From assembly GCA_965240325.2 (NCBI GenBank), contig OZ251237.1, positions 1,054,001 to 1,118,000 on the forward strand: a stretch of DNA of 64,000 nucleotides. The letters are read 5' to 3'. Positions 59,554 to 64,000 of this stretch are shown in pieces. This DNA is from Rebecca billardiae RCC1528 (taxonomy: Eukaryota; Protista; Haptophyta). A model generated the notes under the pieces. The model searched no databases. It saw only the letters and a list, made by a program, of their open reading frames with translations, and was not told the DNA's origin. The stretch's first letter is position 1. Each line of letters begins with the position of its first letter. The translations under genes and the position numbers were made by a program.

Positions 59554-59710
59554 CGCGGCCCGGAGGTGTCGACGCGGCCAGGGGCGCGTCCCCGCCGCCG
59601 GAAGCCGCGTCGCCGGTCGCTGCGCGCTCGCGAATCCGCCGCTGTCCTTGCCGCTGTGGTCCGGTTCGCTCGCGCCCGGTGCCGGACTCCATTTGAACTT
59701 CGCAATCATC

Positions 59711-60406
59711 ATGGCAGCTGCAGACGTCGGGTACAGCGCGGTGGTGTACACGGGGTCGGCCGCGCCGTCTCCAGCCACGGCCCACGCGCCGGGCTTCTCG
59801 CCAATGGCGCCGATGGCGTCGGCTTCGTCTCTGCAGATCAAGCGCGTCGCTTCACACATGTCCTCATCCTCTGCTCGCATCGCGATGGCGAACGATCCTC
59901 AGGGCTCGCCGCGCATCCCTTTCACCGCGCGCGTAGAGTACGACCCTCACGAGAGGCGGACCTCGAGCTTGCGGGAGCGGCACATCGACGCCGCCCTGCG
60001 ACATGCAAGCAACTGCACCTGGCCGGACCAGCCGTCTGGGCGCACGAGCCTTCGCCGCGCTCGCGTCGTGAGTGCGAGCTGCAACGACATGCTCGGCATT
60101 GCCAACTGCCATCATGTCGATGGCGACTACGAGTTCTCGATGAGCGAGTACAATCGCGCGCAGCACAAGGTCCCGCTTGGGTACGGTGTGGCGGAGAAAA
60201 AGTACATGGCCGCCGCCGAGGTGTATGACACGCTCCTGCGAGCCAACGATCGGCCAGTGGGGCTTGCAAGCAGGCAGCGCTCCATCACACTCGCCAGGCA
60301 TGCTGTTGCCGCGCACCGCGCGACTGGCGTGCCGCCGAAGGCGTTGCACCCAGCATTCAAGAGCGGTGTACGAGCATCGGGGATGATTAACTTCCGGCGA
60401 GCATGA
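59711..60406 (+). CDS. hypothetical protein
   Basis: 231-aa ORF with normal composition, divergent from the exonuclease gene (~160 bp between starts); no family recognised. Confidence 0.6.
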   Translation: MAAADVGYSAVVYTGSAAPSPATAHAPGFSPMAPMASASSLQIKRVASHMSSSSARIAMANDPQGSPRIPFTARVEYDPHERRTSSLRERHIDAALRHASNCTWPDQPSGRTSLRRARVVSASCNDMLGIANCHHVDGDYEFSMSEYNRAQHKVPLGYGVAEKKYMAAAEVYDTLLRANDRPVGLASRQRSITLARHAVAAHRATGVPPKALHPAFKSGVRASGMINFRRA

Positions 60407-60962
60407 GCGCGCATCATTGGTGCAGGGGCAGCGAAGACAAGTGCATCCACTTTGTCGACTGTCCGTTACTGCGTTCGAAAACGATTAACGAACGGTGTCG
60501 GTGATGACTCATTCGCATTGACTGGGTACACTGGTTCTGAGTGGTTGGACCTGCTGGCTGCTGATCAAGTCTCAATATCGACTAAGAGTCACACTGATCG
60601 ACCGTGAGCCCCCGGCCCTTGCACTCAGCACTGTTGCAGGCTTGCCATGATGCCCGGCCTTTGAACCCCGACAGAACCGCGGATTCCGCGTCGCGAACCG
60701 TTACCGTCATCAGCCATCAGGCGTCATCTCGAGCGAGTCGACCGTCTCGTCATTATGACATTACTAATAATTACATTTACAGTCTGTCGACTCTGTCGTC
60801 TCTGACAATACTTAATAACTTATACAGCCAGTGTCAGTAGTATTTTAAAAACTATAGCAGCCCGGAGTCACTATAGCTAGTTAATTACTTCGAGTTTCCT
60901 GAGCCCGGCGGCACGCGTGATGATTCACAGTCATCAATGATGACATTGGATTCAGCGAGCTG

Positions 60963-61763
60963 CTACGCACTGAAGGCCAGCCCGCCATTGATGTCGACAG
61001 CGACGCCCGTGATGTACGCGGCGTCATCGGAGAGCAGGAAGGCGATGGTGCCCGCGACGTCGTCGGCAGAGCCCTCGCGCTTGGCAAGCGTCGAGGCTGC
61101 CACCTTCGCGCGCACCTCGTCCGAGGTGAACTTGTCGTGGAAGCCCGTCGCGATCATGCCCGGCGCAACTGTGTTCACCCGCACGCCGCGCGGGCCGAGC
61201 TCCTTTGCGAGCGAGCGCGAGAACGTGTGCACGGCGCCCTTGGACGCGGCGTACGCGCCGGCGCCCGGACCGCCGCCGTCACGCGCGGCCTGCGACGAGA
61301 GCGTCACGATCGCGCCACCGTGCGCGAGCAGCGGCGCGCACGCCTGCGCAACGTACACGAGCGACATGAAGTTGAGGTCCATGACCTCGCGCACGAACGC
61401 AGCGTCGAGCTCGCCGAGCGCGCGGCGGGCGACGAGCCCGCCCGTGTTGTGCACGATGGCGTGAATCTCAGGGCCGAGCGTGCGCGCCGCGTCGGCCACC
61501 GCGCGCGCGCCCTCTGCAGTCGACAGGTCGGCCTCGACGGTCACGGCTCGGCCGCCGGCCGTCACAATGTCCTTTGCTAGTGCGCGCGCGCCGTCGCCAG
61601 AAGCGTTGTGGTGGAGCACGACCGCCGCGCCCTCGGCGGCCAGGCGGGCGCCTGTCGCCGCGCCGATGTCCCGCCCGGCGCCCGTCACGACCGCCACTTT
61701 GCGCTCGAAGCGCCGCGCCGCGACGTACGCAAAGTTCATTATCGAGCGCGATCGCGCCGCCAT
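60963..61763 (-). CDS. classical short-chain dehydrogenase/reductase
   Basis: VVTGAGRDIG, HNTGG, catalytic S and YAASK, RVNTVAPG.I.T, YITG..VDINGG; intronless; start 61763 or 61739. Confidence 0.95.
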   Translation of the reverse strand: MAARSRSIMNFAYVAARRFERKVAVVTGAGRDIGAATGARLAAEGAAVVLHHNASGDGARALAKDIVTAGGRAVTVEADLSTAEGARAVADAARTLGPEIHAIVHNTGGLVARRALGELDAAFVREVMDLNFMSLVYVAQACAPLLAHGGAIVTLSSQAARDGGGPGAGAYAASKGAVHTFSRSLAKELGPRGVRVNTVAPGMIATGFHDKFTSDEVRAKVAASTLAKREGSADDVAGTIAFLLSDDAAYITGVAVDINGGLAFSA

Positions 61764-61910
61764 CGTATTTCTGGACTGACCAAATAAAAATAATAATTAG
61801 CTGAGCGAGGACGGACGGGTGGCAAACGGCGATCGCTCGGCGATCCCCCACTTACTTACTGACTGACGGCTTGGACCGACCGCCCCCTCCGGCCGAGCGG
61901 GCGCTCAAAA

Positions 61911-63277
61911 ATGTTGGGGCGGACGTTCGGACGTAGGTTTGTTGGCCAGGGGCTACGGAACACCCACGGCGGCCCTGGGCATGCTTACGCACCGACCGTA
62001 TCGGTGAACGAGTCTCTCTTCGACCCGGCCACGTTCGCTGCGACACGCCGCGCGCGCGACGAGGCGCGCACGCTGCCGTCAGGCTGCTACACGTCCCCTG
62101 CGTGGTTCGCGAAGGAGACCGAGTCCATCTTCGCGCGCGGGTGGATGCTCATCGGCCGAGGCGACGAGATTGCCCAACCGGGTGCGTACCTCGCCCTCGA
62201 CCTGCCGGGCGTTGGCCCTGTCTTCGTAACGCGCGCCAAGGACGGCAGCGTGCGCGGCTTTGCAAACGTGTGCCGGCATCGCGGCGCCAGGATGCTCGAG
62301 GAAGGCCGTGGCGTGCTCAAAGCGGGAGTGGTCGTCTGCCCGGTACGCCGGTCCTTCCGCGCGAGCTTCCGCGCGAGCCATCGCCCTTCTCCTGCGCGCA
62401 CCTCTGACACGGCGCCCCACCCCTCGCCGCGCAGTACCACGCATGGACGTACGACCTGACCGGCGCGCTGCGCGGGGCGCCCAAGATGGGCCGCCCAGCC
62501 GCCGGCGCGGGCGGGCCGCACGCGTTCTGCAAGTCGGACTTTGGGCTGCGGCCGCTTCGGGTCGAGACGTGGGGTGGTTTCGTGTTCGTCAACGGTGCTG
62601 GCGGTGAGGGGGAGGAGGTCGGCATGCGCCCGCTCGACGAGAGCGTCGGCGACGCGCACAGCTCGCTGCTCCACCGCTGGGCGCTCGACTCACTCGTGAG
62701 CGTCGGTCGCGCCGAGTACGACGTGCCATGCAACTGGAAGTTCATCTTCGAGAATACCTCCGAGACGTACCACACGGCGTACGTGCACCGCTCCTCGCTC
62801 GGGCCGATGGCGTCGCACCCGGTGGCGGAGGAGCTGGGCCGCCCGCCGCGCGGAGAGTGGAACGCGATCCGCGTGCCCACCGAGCGCAGCGTCGTGCCCC
62901 TCCCGGGCGAGGAGGCGCCGTTCCCGGAAGTCGAGTCGGCCACGTACTTTGTCAGCCTGTACTGGTGCGCGACGCAGCTGAACGTGACGCACGACTGCGC
63001 GTGGTGGATGCGCGTGCTGCCCCGCACGGCGGAGAGCACGCGCGTCACGCTCGGCTTCCTCTTCCCGCGCGAGACCGCCGCGGCGCCCGGCTTCGCCGAG
63101 CGGCTGCAGCCGTACCTTCGCCGCTGGGACATCGCCGTGCGCGAGGACAACGACATCTCGCTCAACCAGCAGGCCGGCGTGGGCTCGGCGCTGTACGCGC
63201 CCGGCCCGTATGCGCCGGCGGAGCAGGGCGTGCACGAGCTGCACCGCTGGCTGCTCGACCGGGTGATCGTCGGCTAG
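61911..63277 (+). CDS. Rieske non-heme iron oxygenase alpha subunit (choline monooxygenase-like)
   Basis: Rieske motif NVCRHRG..CP|YHAWTY joined across intron 62343-62434; mononuclear Fe site NWKF..EN.SETYH..YVH and ED..I..QQ.G. Confidence 0.93.
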
Positions 63278-64000
63278 GCGTCGGAATATCATATGACAGC
63301 AATAAATAAGTTCTTCTACACTACTGCTACTACTCTGCGCGCGATACATATCGTCCACTACTGTGAGCAATATCGATCGTCTATACGCAGCAGTAAAAAT
63401 GACGCGCTGCGACGTACGACGCGATGACTACAGAATAGATAGGCAATAATAGCAGATGCCGTGTGACGACGACGCCGATTCGCATATATATATATATCGT
63501 AGTAGCGCAGTAAGCTATAGTCTGCTGCTACTTCAATGGCTCGACATACTAGCTATATATATATATATATACCGATAGCAGCAGATCGAGTTATGATAAC
63601 TATCATCAGTTCAGAAGAGAAATAAGAGTACGCCTGCTGTACGTCCGCCGTATATCGAGCTACAGCCGGCGGCGGCGTATATTGATGCCAGCTGAGCAGA
63701 TGATAATTGAGATCATCAGCACTGGCATCGTCATTATCGTGCCATCAGCATAGAAACCGGGCGTACCGAAAATGATCATCGCATTCCTGCGGCCGAATGA
63801 ACGCCCGAAATGTCCCACAGGGCCCCAAGTGGGGTTGCTATGGATGGCCAATAAGTGCCTAGGGTGTGAAAATCAGTTTGTTGAGTTCAGACTCTATTTG
63901 TCATAATCGCTATTTACCCAGTCCGGTGACCTATTTCCAATAGCTGCGGTGCATCCGGATCGCTCCCGGACCATGTTCTGATCAGAGTCTGAAATGGGTA

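Noticed and set aside
4702-62434. Introns as an Introner family
   Set aside because: They share GTGCGC donors, CG-rich composition and CTCAC/CTGAC branch-like motifs, but I saw no extended identity between introns.
40-63309. Hundreds of long Arg/Ala/Pro-rich ORFs in the track (e.g. 1477-3699 +, 14258-16354 +, 18967-20877 +, 28455-30113 -)
   Set aside because: Shadow frames antisense or out of phase to real genes; stop codons are rare at this GC content and the translations lack family motifs.
63660-63851. Short ORF containing FYADGT, reminiscent of MULE transposase DGT motifs
   Set aside because: Only a few residues match in a 63-aa ORF within AT-rich, microsatellite-laden DNA; not supportable.

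Overview
Gene-dense, very GC-rich (by eye about 70-75% in exons) eukaryotic nuclear DNA, not prokaryotic. Genes carry short GC-rich GT-AG introns (donors mostly GTGCGC/GTGCGT, acceptors mostly ..GCAG). A plastid phosphate translocator with a signal peptide plus cilia genes (CCDC103, STPG/ODF3-like) point to a flagellate alga with a complex plastid; a haptophyte such as Pavlovales is my inference, not a demonstration. About 24 protein-coding genes are supported, many in tight head-to-head pairs. They include an LRR-patatin phospholipase, TVP23, proteasome beta-7, a ~2865-aa two-module CNBD/ankyrin channel, an ARM protein, a CAT-type permease, a twin-CX9C protein, CCDC103, TPT, PPAN, ABCG, TruA, AKR, two mitochondrial carriers, a GT8-GT4-GT8 fusion, an NT-C2 protein, an Orai-like protein, REXO1-like exonuclease, an SDR and a Rieske oxygenase. 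Most ORFs in the supplied track are GC-driven shadow frames. Intergenic DNA is AT-richer and shows DNA-transposon signs: a 563-bp insertion with a target-site duplication, a 1.65-kb segment between perfect 32-bp inverted repeats, a dispersed ~45-bp repeat (8 copies), many CAGT/ACTG micro-insertions resembling excision footprints, and five near-identical tandem duplications. The best candidates for something new are the tri-domain glycosyltransferase, the concatenated channel, the Orai-like protein and the mini-element/footprint system. Family assignments rest on motifs recognised by eye; no searches were run.
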